Positions 42,630 to 53,419 of a stretch of 64,000 nucleotides of DNA are shown here, one piece after another. The notes beneath the pieces were generated by a model that saw only the letters and a list, made by a program, of their open reading frames with translations, had not been told where the DNA came from and did no database searches. Each line of letters begins with the position of its first letter. Positions within the stretch are counted from its first letter, which is position 1. The stretch is taken from contig CBDHHL010000032.1 in the NCBI GenBank assembly GCA_965263355.1, positions 160,001-224,000 of the forward strand. The letters run 5' to 3'. The DNA comes from Leptolyngbyaceae cyanobacterium (GTDB lineage: Bacteria > Cyanobacteriota > Cyanobacteriia > Phormidesmidales > Phormidesmidaceae). The translations under genes were made by a program, and so were the position numbers.

Positions 42630-42673
42630 GTAGGCCTGTAGAGGCGTAACATGTTACGCCTCTACAGGCCTAC
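42630..42673. repeat. Perfect 44-bp palindrome (nested GTAG REP)
   Basis: gtaggcctgtagaggcgtaaca|tgttacgcctctacaggcctac between convergent genes. Confidence 0.9.
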
Positions 42674-43458
42674 GGGTGATGGTCGATGACGTGGGGAATT
42701 AATGAATGGGGTTTTTCTAAATCGTAGGTATTCATTAAGGTGTCGTTACCCATGATCTCTCGGGGGCAACCGTCGGCAACAATTTTGCCCTGGTACATAA
42801 CGAGGGCGCGATCGCAAACCTCCAGCAAGAATTCTAAATCATGGGATGCAATTACCATGGTTTGTTGCAACCCTTTCATAAAGGTAATTAACCGCCGTCG
42901 ACTGCGAATATCAAGACTGGCGGAGGGTTCATCATAGAGGACAATCTGGGGCTTCATGGCCAATAGTCCAGCAATGGCCACCATTTGTTTTTCACCGCCA
43001 GATAGGTGATGGGGAGGACGCTCTGCCAGAGGCTGTAAGCCGGTTAACGCCATCACTGCATCCACACGTTTCTCTACCTGGTGAGGCAACAACCCCATAT
43101 TGGCTGGCCCAAAGCGAATATCGTCGCGTACCGATGCTGAAAATAGCTGGTTATTAGGATTTTGAAACAACAGCCCAATTTGTGGGTTAAACCCACTGGC
43201 AACAACGGGTTTGTCCATCAGTCGGATAGTCCCTGCCGTTGGTATAAGCGCACCACACAGAGTCATAAACAAGGTTGTTTTACCACAGCCATTGTGGCCA
43301 ATAATGCCTACCCGTTCACCAGGGGCAATATGCAAACAAATATTGTCGAGCACCTGTAGCCGATCAGGATAGGAGAAACATAAATGGTCAGTGGCAATCG
43401 CAGCTACCGTCGGTTGAGGGATGGGTGCAATTGTTTTCTTGGGTAGTAGAGATGTCAT
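42670..43458 (-). CDS. cbiO: Co/Ni ECF transporter ATPase
   Basis: GHNGCGKTT, FQNPNNQL, LSGGEKQ, YDEP and SHDL. Confidence 0.88.
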   Translation of the reverse strand: MTSLLPKKTIAPIPQPTVAAIATDHLCFSYPDRLQVLDNICLHIAPGERVGIIGHNGCGKTTLFMTLCGALIPTAGTIRLMDKPVVASGFNPQIGLLFQNPNNQLFSASVRDDIRFGPANMGLLPHQVEKRVDAVMALTGLQPLAERPPHHLSGGEKQMVAIAGLLAMKPQIVLYDEPSASLDIRSRRRLITFMKGLQQTMVIASHDLEFLLEVCDRALVMYQGKIVADGCPREIMGNDTLMNTYDLEKPHSLIPHVIDHHP

Positions 43459-43517
43459 AGATACTACTCAGAGAGTGAATTAAGGGTGGATAGGAGAGAA
43501 TTGATAATGATTGATTG

Positions 43518-44285
43518 TTAATTGTTAATTGTCTGTAGACCGATTAAAGCCAGGGCAATGGCAGCGCATATACCCATGGCGGCTATGTCTGTGGGTTGCC
43601 CCCATCCCCTAAGTTTGGGTGATTGGTGGTAATGATTGCCATAACCCCGTAGTCGCATGGCTTTGTACACACGTTCTGATTGTTCATAGCTGCGCACGAG
43701 GAGGGTGCCCGTGACGGCAGCAAGTTGTTGCCAACTTTGGCGGTTTCCTTTGGGTTGAAACCCTCGCAATCGCATGGCCTGAAGCAGATGGGCTAGCTGC
43801 TCGGCAATGTCAAACAGGTAACGATAGGCAAGCAGGGTCATTTCTGCCATCAATGGGGGGAGACCCAGGGAGACTAACGTATCGATTAGGGTAAGCAGCG
43901 GTGTAGTACCGAGTAACACCATACCCAGGGTAACAATGGAGAGAAATCTTCCTGCAATTAGCCCCATGGCCAACAGTCCTTCCTGGCGAATGGCAATGGC
44001 TCCCCATTGCCAGAGAACGGTGCTGCCCGATAACAACGGTAAGGCAATCACCATACCGAGCAGAAATAGGCCAGGGTAGCGTAGGCGCGATCGCAAAAAC
44101 GACCAGGGCAACCCTGATAGTCCATATAGCACCGCCGTTACCAGCAAACAAACCGGCACTAGCTGAATTTGTTGGACACTGGCAAACCCCAGCATAATTA
44201 CCCCTAACCCGACTAGCTTGGCCCTGGGCCACCAGCGATGGAGAGGGGACTGCAGTGCCGTATAAGTATCAAGGGTTAATCGCAT
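43518..44285 (-). CDS. cbiQ: Co/Ni ECF transporter T component
   Basis: YRYLF, AMRLRGF and SERVYKAMRLRGY. Confidence 0.88.
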   Translation of the reverse strand: MRLTLDTYTALQSPLHRWWPRAKLVGLGVIMLGFASVQQIQLVPVCLLVTAVLYGLSGLPWSFLRSRLRYPGLFLLGMVIALPLLSGSTVLWQWGAIAIRQEGLLAMGLIAGRFLSIVTLGMVLLGTTPLLTLIDTLVSLGLPPLMAEMTLLAYRYLFDIAEQLAHLLQAMRLRGFQPKGNRQSWQQLAAVTGTLLVRSYEQSERVYKAMRLRGYGNHYHQSPKLRGWGQPTDIAAMGICAAIALALIGLQTINN

Positions 44286-44983
44286 AGTTGCTCTCCCGTT
44301 GGCCTGACCGGTTGACTCGATCTGACTGGCTTATTCCCTAAGCCGATTAATAATTCCGGTTTTGTACGCTGTAAAAATGTAACCAGCAACGCGGTAAATA
44401 GACCTTCGACGAGCACTAATGGACCATGGGCTAACCCAAGGGTCAGTAAGGCGATTCGTTCGGTGGCCACGTCAAAGTCTCCAGGAATAGTGAAGAGCAA
44501 CAGGCTAATAAACAGGGTAACGGCCAACGTCATGCCGATGGCTCCCGCTAAAAAACCGCTGACTCCAAAGCGAATTGACGGTTTGAGAGTCTGAGGTAGC
44601 CAGCGACGTAATTGAAAAATACCATGACCCACCAGAGCTGGAACGCCGATGATGACGGCATTAATTCCTAAGGTGGAGAAGCCTCCATGACCTAAAAATA
44701 AGGCCTGAAAAAACAGGCCAATCAAAATTGCTAAAAAGGCGTAATACCCTAGAACAGCTCCCATTAGTCCGCTTAATACCAGATGTAAACTCATGGGGGG
44801 GAGTGGAATCTGGATCGAGGAGGCAACAAAGAATGCCGCGCTCAGCAACGCTGCTTTGGGCATGTGGGTCGCTGGATCGGAATGGCGATTAATTTGTCGT
44901 AGACAGTGCCAGGTAACGACTCCGCTAAGACCATATCCAACGATACAAAGTTGGGGTGGCACAAAACCATCTGGAATATGCAC
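44276..44983 (-). CDS. cbiM: Co/Ni ECF S component CbiM/NikM
   Basis: N-terminal MHIPDG (GTG start overlapping the upstream stop) and GHGGFSTLG. Confidence 0.92.
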   Translation of the reverse strand: MHIPDGFVPPQLCIVGYGLSGVVTWHCLRQINRHSDPATHMPKAALLSAAFFVASSIQIPLPPMSLHLVLSGLMGAVLGYYAFLAILIGLFFQALFLGHGGFSTLGINAVIIGVPALVGHGIFQLRRWLPQTLKPSIRFGVSGFLAGAIGMTLAVTLFISLLLFTIPGDFDVATERIALLTLGLAHGPLVLVEGLFTALLVTFLQRTKPELLIGLGNKPVRSSQPVRPTGEQLCD

Positions 44984-45489
44984 TAGGAGTTTTTACCTCG
45001 CGAAAAAAATAAAACTGTTCCGATTAGTCCCCAGAGACCGGCACCAGCACTGGCCCAACGCTGGAAGGGGTTGGCTAAGGGTTCTGATGAAGACACAATT
45101 GCAGCGGTTGTTTTAGCTACAGTTTGTGAGTTGGCTGTGGTTGCCACTGGCACACTTACGGTTGTGCCATGACCTGCCTGACGAATAACGACGTCCCAAT
45201 TACCTGGGGTGTCGGGATTAAAGTCAAATTTTCCTTGATTATCGGTTTGTCCCGTTATCCAGGGTTGATCAGGATTATTAGGACTGTAGACCGCCACTTG
45301 GGCGGCGGCCATGGACTGCCCCGATGAATAGTTGGCTTCAACGGAAAACGTCTGGGTGACGGTTGCGATCGCACCATGACTCCAGCCAGGCTGACTCCAC
45401 AACAGCATCAATCCTAACGCATTCAGAACTGGACTCAACCCTTGCAAACGGGTCGACCTGCTCGCATATTCCCCAGTCAGGGCAACCAT
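44983..45489 (-). CDS. ECF accessory protein (NikL/CbiL-like, transthyretin-like periplasmic domain plus C-terminal TM)
   Basis: Signal ending WSHG; GQTDNQGKFDF.P..PG.W.V; QAGHG. Confidence 0.7.
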   Translation of the reverse strand: MVALTGEYASRSTRLQGLSPVLNALGLMLLWSQPGWSHGAIATVTQTFSVEANYSSGQSMAAAQVAVYSPNNPDQPWITGQTDNQGKFDFNPDTPGNWDVVIRQAGHGTTVSVPVATTANSQTVAKTTAAIVSSSEPLANPFQRWASAGAGLWGLIGTVLFFSRGKNS

Positions 45490-45717
45490 AGAGGCACCTT
45501 AGAAAATTTCCCCAATCAGTTAATCGCCTTAGTTCCGTTTGATTCAATGCCCCAGGGGGGGAAATGCTGTGGATAAATCTTTAAAAATATAAAGTCGCCG
45601 CTGCCCAATCAAGGACACCAGCGACTTCAGCGGAAATTGGAAGACTCAATTAACCCTGAAAAAGGGATAAAGAAGTTAACTGTAGGGTACGAGACGTAGC
45701 TTGAATTTGAAGCACTA

Positions 45718-47322
45718 CTAGCGAATGCTCGTTTCAGGTAGACGACTCGCGAGTAGTTCAGGAGCCGTTAGTACCTGGGCATAGAATGGACCATGGTCCG
45801 CATTTTGGGCCAGTCGAATATTTTGCACCCGATTGGCAAGTTCAGTGCTTTTCACATCGTAGGTTTGGGTGGCCAATTTAGGATAGAGGCCAATGCCGAT
45901 GATGGGCACTAGCAGACAAATTGCCACAAACGCTTCGCGAGGCTTAATGTCCCAGGAAGTGTTGTTGGGTACTTCTAGCTCACCAGGATTACCAAAGAAG
46001 ATACGACGTAGCATCGACAGCAGGTAAATCGGGGACAGAATGATACCAATGGCAGCCAAAATCACAATAATGGCCTTAAAGAACGTGCTGTAGGCATCGC
46101 TGGTGGAGAACCCTAAGAAAACGGCCAGCTCAGCAACAAAACCGCTCATGCCGGGGAGGGCTAGAGATGCCATAGCACCAGCGGTGAACATGCTGAACAC
46201 CACAGGCATGGCCTTACCCATACCACCCATTTTGTCCATTGCTAGGGTGTGGGTGCGCTCATAGGCAACACCAGACAAGAAGAACAACACCGCTGCAATC
46301 AGACCGTGGGAGATCATCTGCAGTAAAGCACCGCTGAGACCCAGGGTAGTGAATGCAGCTAAACCAATTAGGACAAATCCCATGTGAGCCACAGACGAAT
46401 AGGCCATGCGACGTTTGAGGTTATCCTGACCAAAGGCAGCTAACGAGGCGTACACGATATTAATAACACCGAGAACTGCCAGGATCGGTGCAAAGTACAC
46501 ATGGGCATCGGGGAGCATTTCGATGTTCATGCGAATTAGACCGTAGCCTGCCATCTTCAGCAGAACACCTGCCAGAATCATCGACACAGGAGCGGGTGCT
46601 TCACTGTGGGCATCGGGTAACCAGGTATGAAATGGAAATATCGGCAGCTTCACACCAAAGGCAATCAGGAAGCCGGTGTAGGTGAACAGCTGCATCGGTA
46701 ATGAATAATCCTTAGCGGCCAGTTCGCTAAAGTTGAAGGTGAGGGTATCACCGTAGAAGGCCATGGCCAATGCTGCCAGCAAAATAAAGATGGAACCGAT
46801 GGCCGTGTAAAGGATAAATTTAGTCGCCGCATAGAGGCGCTTTTGACCACCCCAGATGGAAATCAGCAAATAGACCGGCACCAGTTCTAGTTCCCACATG
46901 ATGAAGAACATCAGCATGTCTTGAGCTAGAAAAACACCGACCTGAGCGCTGTACATCAACAGCAGCAGTGAGAAATAGAGGCGAGGCTTCATGGTGATAT
47001 TCCAGGAAGCAACCACAGCCAGGGTAGTGACCAAACCACTCAAAATCACCAGCGGCATTGATAAACCGTCAGCTGCCAGTGACCACTCAAGACCAATTTG
47101 GGGCACCCAAGCAAAGTTATCAACTAGCTGCAAGCCGGTTTGATTGAGGTCGTAATAATTAGCAAACGTATAAAGAATTAGACTAAGTTCTGCTAAGCAA
47201 GCGCCAAGGGTATACCAGCGGATAGATTTGCCTTCGCTATCAGGGAGCAAAGGAATGGGAATAGCCGCCAGCAGAGGGAATATTACCAGCGCTGTTAGCC
47301 ACGGAAAGTGTTCAACAATCAT
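45718..47322 (-). CDS. ndhD: NAD(P)H-quinone oxidoreductase subunit 4 (NdhD1/D2 type)
   Basis: [32 protein letters not shown] and [10 protein letters not shown]. Confidence 0.95.
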   Translation of the reverse strand: MIVEHFPWLTALVIFPLLAAIPIPLLPDSEGKSIRWYTLGACLAELSLILYTFANYYDLNQTGLQLVDNFAWVPQIGLEWSLAADGLSMPLVILSGLVTTLAVVASWNITMKPRLYFSLLLLMYSAQVGVFLAQDMLMFFIMWELELVPVYLLISIWGGQKRLYAATKFILYTAIGSIFILLAALAMAFYGDTLTFNFSELAAKDYSLPMQLFTYTGFLIAFGVKLPIFPFHTWLPDAHSEAPAPVSMILAGVLLKMAGYGLIRMNIEMLPDAHVYFAPILAVLGVINIVYASLAAFGQDNLKRRMAYSSVAHMGFVLIGLAAFTTLGLSGALLQMISHGLIAAVLFFLSGVAYERTHTLAMDKMGGMGKAMPVVFSMFTAGAMASLALPGMSGFVAELAVFLGFSTSDAYSTFFKAIIVILAAIGIILSPIYLLSMLRRIFFGNPGELEVPNNTSWDIKPREAFVAICLLVPIIGIGLYPKLATQTYDVKSTELANRVQNIRLAQNADHGPFYAQVLTAPELLASRLPETSIR

Positions 47323-47783
47323 GCCAACTCATGCGTACAACTCGTAGAGGCGCGGTTTGCCGAGAGGCAGTTGGTCTAGCTTGAAGCGAAAAAGCTTGTT
47401 CTCAGCAACGTACCCTATCAGGGAACTACTGTTTTCGCGGCGGCCTTAGTCAAGGAGGTCGGAGGAATTCAGGAGCACGGTGCTCTTAAAAAAACTAGGC
47501 TAACTAACCGGACGGCAATCAGGTAAAAATACCTATTGAATTACGCCCAATCACAGTATATGTAATTTGATTAACTTTTGATAAGGTCAAAGCGCCTAAA
47601 AATCTATTTGTTTTTCTTAATTACCCTCATATATAAAGCTCTTGGGAAGATGTCGGAAAATCACACATAGAAAACTGTTATGAAGGTAATTAATCTCATT
47701 TATGTAAATCTATGTGTATAAAAATACAATCGAATAATATTATGGCCAAGAGGATTAGGTTACAGCGTTTGTAGTGAAGCGAT

Positions 47784-48698
47784 TTAGCTGATTAATTGGC
47801 TTTGGGTTCCCCGGTCGTCAATGGCAAGTTGAAGGACTGTGTAGGGAATGTTGGCAGTTTCCCAAGGTTTGCCGATGGCTTCACAGATATTAGGGGCTGT
47901 TTTTTCGTTAGCTAAGACGCATAAAGTCGGCCCTGCACCGCTGATGACTAATCCCCAGGCTCCTGCTTTTAGGGCAGCGGCATGGATATCGTCGTAATTG
48001 GGAATTAGAGTTTTACGGTAGGGCTGGTGGATGCGATCGCACAAAGCCCTCATCAACCATTCACCATTACCACTGGCCAGGGCCTGGGTCAGCAATGCCA
48101 GATGAGCCGTATTAAAAATGGCATCGTTTCGGCTATAGCTATCGGGCAAAACCTGACGAGCAGCAGACGTGGCCAGTTCAAAGTCAGGAATAATCACAAT
48201 CGGGATAATGGACCCATGCCAGGGGATTTGGCAGAGAGTGAGGCCATCTTTGTCGCCATGGACAGCTAGACGGCAGCCCCCTAGCAGGGCAGGGACGACA
48301 TTATCTGGGTGTCCCTCTATGTCAGTAGCGAGAGCAGCAATTTCGCCTTGGCTGAGAGGATTATCGGCTAATAGGTTGGCCCCGACGAGGCCACCGACGA
48401 TGGCGGTAGAGGAACTGCCCAGACCACGGGATAGGGGGACGTGGAGGTCAATGTCAATGTGGACTGGCGGGGCAGGTTTATTCAGGTGGGCATAAAATGC
48501 TTCGTAGGCTTGATAAACCAGATTGTCAGATCCAGTACTCAAGCGGTCAGACTCTTTGCCCGTAATAGCAATGGTTAAGGCATCGGCAGGAGTGAATTTG
48601 AAGTAATTGTAGAGGGTGAGGGCTGCACCAAGGCAGTCGAAGCCGGGACCGATGTTAGCAGTAGTTGCAGGCACTGTGACTTGGGCAATGTGAGGCAT
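47784..48698 (-). CDS. thrB: Homoserine kinase
   Basis: PATTANIGPGFD, PLSRGLGSSS, EGHPDN and ISGAGPT. Confidence 0.96.
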   Translation of the reverse strand: MPHIAQVTVPATTANIGPGFDCLGAALTLYNYFKFTPADALTIAITGKESDRLSTGSDNLVYQAYEAFYAHLNKPAPPVHIDIDLHVPLSRGLGSSSTAIVGGLVGANLLADNPLSQGEIAALATDIEGHPDNVVPALLGGCRLAVHGDKDGLTLCQIPWHGSIIPIVIIPDFELATSAARQVLPDSYSRNDAIFNTAHLALLTQALASGNGEWLMRALCDRIHQPYRKTLIPNYDDIHAAALKAGAWGLVISGAGPTLCVLANEKTAPNICEAIGKPWETANIPYTVLQLAIDDRGTQSQLIS

Positions 48699-48880
48699 TA
48701 TTTATTGCTGAGGTTTCTGTTCATACTGGTACTCAAGGTCTCCCTGAGTACTCCCCTGAGCCTCCGACTCCTGAAATCGGGGTCCAAGCAATCAGTATTT
48801 CAGATCAGCAGCCTCCCTGGCTATTACTTACTGATCCCGCAAACAGTCCTACCTAACTGCTGAGGGAGAGGGGGAAACGA

Positions 48881-49579
48881 TTACCAAACCCTAGGTTCAA
48901 ACGCTTCATCATTATCAATTTGCACTGCATCTCCCGATTGCCGAATCACAAATAGCCCTTGCTTATAGGCATAGCGATCAGCACCCTTATCAATTTCGAT
49001 ACCCGCCACCGCTCCATAGATGTGGTAGTCCCGATACACCGGAAACGCCACCTTAAACTGCTGTAACGTCTGAATAAAATCGCTGACCGCTGTTTGAGTC
49101 AGGCGAGATTTTACCTCTACTGCCACTGCCTCCGTGTCATCCACCGCAAAGACATCTATTTCCATAGCAATAGCACCACGCTTTGCTTTCATCCGAGAAT
49201 GGACTTCCTTAACGTCGATCCCCTTCGCCTGAAACATCTGGACAACACCAGGGGCCACCAAGTTTTCAACAAATTGCCCCCAACGGCTAGTTAAACTACT
49301 GACTGCTCGGTTGGCTTGAGCTGCAATTTCCTCGGCTCTGGCCAATCTTGCCTCTGCTTCTGCCGCCCGTTGCTCGTCCACTGCTTTAGACTCAGCCATT
49401 CGTCGATCAAATTCGGCTCTTGACTCCGCCAGCTCTCGCTCAAATCGGGCACTCGCGTCTGCGGCCCGTCGATCCGCGTCTGCGGCCCGTCGATCCGCTT
49501 CTGCAAATCGCCGATCTGCTTCTGCTTGAGAGCGTTGAAAAAGCTTATAGATGTCTGCAATCGTAACTGGATCAGTCAT
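48881..49579 (-). CDS. Coiled-coil plus PD-(D/E)XK-like domain protein (DUF3782-like)
   Basis: Heptad ADRRAAD repeats; WGQFVE, EIDVF, VEVKS and GLFVI. Confidence 0.75.
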   Translation of the reverse strand: MTDPVTIADIYKLFQRSQAEADRRFAEADRRAADADRRAADASARFERELAESRAEFDRRMAESKAVDEQRAAEAEARLARAEEIAAQANRAVSSLTSRWGQFVENLVAPGVVQMFQAKGIDVKEVHSRMKAKRGAIAMEIDVFAVDDTEAVAVEVKSRLTQTAVSDFIQTLQQFKVAFPVYRDYHIYGAVAGIEIDKGADRYAYKQGLFVIRQSGDAVQIDNDEAFEPRVW

Positions 49580-49690
49580 TGATGGAACACATGTTCTTGT
49601 TGGTTAGTTCCATTATACAAATAGGTAAGGGCTCCCTTATGGGAACCCCCAATCTCAAAACCATCAATCCCAAAACCATCACCCAGGCAA

Positions 49691-51490
49691 TTAAAAATAC
49701 CCGTGGCTATCCAACACTGCCTTCAACCGAGCCATCACATCCGGCACTGAAATCGCACCCAGATCCCCCTCCTGCCGTGTCCGAATGCTCAGATTATTGT
49801 CCTCAACTTCTTTAGCACCAATCACGGCCATTACAGGAATTTTCGCCTTTTCAGAATTGCGCACCATCTTGCCCAGGCGCTCACCGCTGCGGTCAACTAC
49901 CACACGCACACCCAACTGCTGCATTTGCTCGGCCACCTGCTCAGCAAAGGGTAGCTGCTCCGCAGTCACAGGCATCAGCCGTACCTGCTCGGGGGCAAGC
50001 CAGAGGGGAAAGAGGCCGGCATATTCTTCAATCAAAATGCCGATCAAACGTTCCAACGACCCAAATGGAGCCCGGTGGATCATCACCGGACGCTGACGGG
50101 TACCATCTGCCGCTACATACTCCAAATCAAATCGCTCTGGTAGGTTGTAATCCACCTGGGTAGTTCCCAACTGCCATTCACGCCCCAGGGCATCGGTAAA
50201 TATAAAGTCCAGCTTTGGTCCATAGAAAGCAGCTTCACCAATACCTTCAAAGTGCTCCATACCCAGGGTCTCAACGGCACGGCGAATAGCATTTTGAGAT
50301 TTTTCCCAGACATCATCCGAGCCAATATATTTATCAGAGCTAGGATCGCGGAAGCTCAGACGAGCTTTAAAGTTTTCCAGCTGCAGGCTCTTAAATACAG
50401 CCAAAATCAGATCGACCACCTTGAGAAACTCGTCGTCCAGCTGATCAGGTGTCACGAACAGGTGCGCATCGTCTACAGTAAAGCCGCGCACACGAGTCAG
50501 ACCGCCCAGTTCACCGGACTGCTCATAACGATAGACGGTGCCAAATTCCGCCAGACGCATGGGCAGCTCTTTGTAGGACCGCAGTTCGTCTTTGTAAATC
50601 TGGATATGGAAGGGGCAGTTCATGGGTTTCATTACAAAGCCCATTTCATTGGCTTTGGCCTCTTCTGTTTCCGCCATCATCGGAAACATGTCTTCGCTGT
50701 ACTTTTGCCAGTGGCCAGATGTTTTGAACAGGTCTACCTTGGCAATATGGGGGGTCACCACAGGCAGATAGCCCCGCTTAACCTGTTCCTGTTTCAAAAA
50801 GTCCTCTAAGGTAGAGCGCAGCAGAGTCCCTTTGGGGGTCCACAGGGGCAGCCCCGGACCCACATCCTCAGAAAATAGAAATAGACCCAGCTCTTTACCC
50901 AATTTCCGGTGGTCACGCTTTTTAGCTTCCTCAATCCGGCGTTTGTATTCTTGTAGCTGTTCAGGTGTTTCCCAGGCTGTGCCGTAGATTCGCTGGAGCT
51001 GAGCCTTGGTTTCGTCACCGCGCCAGTAGGCCCCAGCCACACTTTCTAAATCAAACGCTTTAGGGTGTAATTTGCGAGTGCTTTCGACGTGGGGACCGGC
51101 ACAGAGATCCCACCACTGATCGCCCAGGTGATACAGGGTAATGGGTTCTTCGATGCTATCTAAAATTTCCAATTTGTAGGGTTCGCCTAGGGCCTCAATA
51201 CGCTGTTTGGCTTCTTCCCGTGATACTTCTTCCCGTTCGACCGGATAATCCTTTTTGATAATTTTGATCATCTCCTTTTTGATCGTTTTTAGATCCTTGT
51301 CAGAGAACGGTTCGGGATTATCAAAATCGTAGTAAAATCCATATTCGGTCCAGGGGCCAATGGTGACCTGAGCCTTAGGGAATAAGCGCTGCACGGCCAT
51401 TGCCATAACATGGGAGAAGGTGTGACGAATACGCTTAAGGTCGTCAGACTCGTCCGTTTTGGGAAGGTGGATGTTTTCAGACTCAGTCAT
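49691..51490 (-). CDS. thrS: Threonine-tRNA ligase
   Basis: DLCAGPH, RDHRKLG, KPMNCP, YRYEQSG and MIHRAPFGSLER. Confidence 0.97.
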   Translation of the reverse strand: MTESENIHLPKTDESDDLKRIRHTFSHVMAMAVQRLFPKAQVTIGPWTEYGFYYDFDNPEPFSDKDLKTIKKEMIKIIKKDYPVEREEVSREEAKQRIEALGEPYKLEILDSIEEPITLYHLGDQWWDLCAGPHVESTRKLHPKAFDLESVAGAYWRGDETKAQLQRIYGTAWETPEQLQEYKRRIEEAKKRDHRKLGKELGLFLFSEDVGPGLPLWTPKGTLLRSTLEDFLKQEQVKRGYLPVVTPHIAKVDLFKTSGHWQKYSEDMFPMMAETEEAKANEMGFVMKPMNCPFHIQIYKDELRSYKELPMRLAEFGTVYRYEQSGELGGLTRVRGFTVDDAHLFVTPDQLDDEFLKVVDLILAVFKSLQLENFKARLSFRDPSSDKYIGSDDVWEKSQNAIRRAVETLGMEHFEGIGEAAFYGPKLDFIFTDALGREWQLGTTQVDYNLPERFDLEYVAADGTRQRPVMIHRAPFGSLERLIGILIEEYAGLFPLWLAPEQVRLMPVTAEQLPFAEQVAEQMQQLGVRVVVDRSGERLGKMVRNSEKAKIPVMAVIGAKEVEDNNLSIRTRQEGDLGAISVPDVMARLKAVLDSHGYF

Positions 51491-51922
51491 GGGAACTGCC
51501 AAGGAAAATATATGTGCTCGCCTACTCTGTATAATCTGTATTGCGATATTAGCGGGAACCGCCGCATATTAGCTTAGACAGGCGCTATAGCTTTGGCAAT
51601 ATCTGATGATTCAAATTCAGTAAACCTGACTGATCGTTATGTAGGTTTATCAAGATATCAGGGTTTACTGCATTGATAGATCCTAATTTGAATTTGAAGT
51701 TCAATTCGTAGCTCCCCATATCGGGAAATGGCTCTATGGTTGATCTGTTATGATGAATCATGCCACGACCTTCTAAAATAATTGTGGTAAACGGAAACCA
51801 ATGTGGTACCTTGTATCATTGTGAAATTCAGCGTTTGTGATAAGAAGCGTTTGCTCCCCAATCGAGGGCCTGAATTTTTGATGTACGGCAAAGTTTTTTC
51901 GGAAAACTAAATCTTTTTGTTT

Positions 51923-52162
51923 ATGGCTAAAACAACAACGGCTGCTCCATTGGTGTTACACCCAATGGCCAAGTTTCAGCGCCAAGTTAAATCCCTTGTA
52001 GAGTCTGAAGTGATTAAACCAACTGACAAGCTCTGGAAAATAGCATTTCTCTTTAGAGATAGCTGGGAGCATTGGAAGCACGAGTTAGAAGAGTTCGAAT
52101 TTTCTATGCAAGACCCGATTAGCGATTTGTTAGCGGTAGAAAGCTGGGAAGAAGAACAATAG
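51923..52162 (+). CDS. DUF4327 family protein
   Basis: HPMAKFQRQVKSLV and LWKIAFLF..W..WK.ELEEFEF. Confidence 0.75.
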   Translation: MAKTTTAAPLVLHPMAKFQRQVKSLVESEVIKPTDKLWKIAFLFRDSWEHWKHELEEFEFSMQDPISDLLAVESWEEEQ

Positions 52163-52201
52163 TCCTTCCTTCGCTGGCGTATGGTTCTATCTTGGTCAAT
52201 C

Positions 52202-53419
52202 TCAGGCAACTACTGTCAAAGATAGCCACAATGCTAGAAATGGCAACAGAAAGAATAATCCAACCACATAAGCAATAGCTGCGATGCGATATTGCTGGGC
52301 GATTTCTGCTAGCTTCTTGGCCATAGCTAAGGGAACTGCCCGCAATTGAGGCAGGCCATAGATCAAGGCGACGGCTAGCAGGTTATAGCTTAAATGCACC
52401 AGGGCTAGCTGTAATGCAGCTGAGCTTTTAACAGCGAATGTGGCGATTAGGGCGGTAATACAGGTACCAATATTGGCCCCTAGCACAAAGGGGTAAATGT
52501 CTTGTAGTGTAACCAGGCCAGCACCTGCCAGGGGGACTGTCAGGCTGGTTGTCATTGAGGATGACTGCAAAAGTGCGGTGATACCAGCACCAGCGGCGAG
52601 GCTTCCTAGACTAGAGCCATGGCCAGTTGCCCAGTAGAGAATGTTTTGGGCTGGGGTGTTTAACCAACGTCGCATTAGCCAACCCAGTACGGTAACGGTG
52701 ACCATTAGCCCACCTACGCTGGTGCCAAATAGTAGCAGCGAATCCCAGGGGCCTGGCAGATGATTTACGCCATAGATCATTAGCCAGCGTGTTGGCTTTA
52801 GTAGCCAATCTAGGGGAGATATAAAAAAGTTGTTGGGAATGATGGGGGAGAGCCCACCACTTTGGCTAGATATCCATTGGCTTAGGTGCTCCAGTGGATG
52901 AAGTAGTAGCTCCAGGGGAAAGAAAATAGTCAGGGCGACTAAATTGAAACAATCATGGATGGTGGCGGCAGCAAATCCGCGCTCAAAGTCTTTGCCATTG
53001 TCGATGTAGCCCAAGCTAACCAAGGTATTGGTAATTGTAGTCCCCAGATTGGCCCCCATGACCATGGGAATGGCGGTAGCGATGGGTAACCCACCAGCCA
53101 CCAGACCCACTAGCAGCGTGGTAACAATGCTGGATGACTGTATTAAGGCAGTGGCTAAAATTCCCAATAGCAATCCCAGCCAGGGGTTGGCTGCCAGGGT
53201 GAGTAATCCTTCTGCGGTGGGACCGAGAATAGACTGAAACCCAACATTCAACAAATCAATAGAAACCAACAGACCATAAATAGCGCATAGAGATCCTCCT
53301 GCATAAAGCCAGGATTGGCTTAAACTAAGGGTCTGAGGCTCTGACGAGCTATTTTCTGCTGGATCCTGTAACTGATCAACAACGGGATTTGAGTCGCTTT
53401 GAGAAGAAGGAGTCACCAT
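52202..53419 (-). CDS. Na+/phosphate cotransporter family protein
   Basis: Two QSSS repeats with GANLGTT/GANIGTC; first ATG at 53419. Confidence 0.88.
   Translation of the reverse strand: MVTPSSQSDSNPVVDQLQDPAENSSSEPQTLSLSQSWLYAGGSLCAIYGLLVSIDLLNVGFQSILGPTAEGLLTLAANPWLGLLLGILATALIQSSSIVTTLLVGLVAGGLPIATAIPMVMGANLGTTITNTLVSLGYIDNGKDFERGFAAATIHDCFNLVALTIFFPLELLLHPLEHLSQWISSQSGGLSPIIPNNFFISPLDWLLKPTRWLMIYGVNHLPGPWDSLLLFGTSVGGLMVTVTVLGWLMRRWLNTPAQNILYWATGHGSSLGSLAAGAGITALLQSSSMTTSLTVPLAGAGLVTLQDIYPFVLGANIGTCITALIATFAVKSSAALQLALVHLSYNLLAVALIYGLPQLRAVPLAMAKKLAEIAQQYRIAAIAYVVGLFFLLPFLALWLSLTVVA

Noticed and set aside
36795..45489. larE and cbiMQO as a nickel-pincer cofactor cluster
   Set aside because: Separated by rpsD and unrelated genes; no larA/B/C in the window
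45490..45717. Cobalamin riboswitch upstream of the cbiMQO operon
   Set aside because: No B12-box or GGGAA core motifs seen
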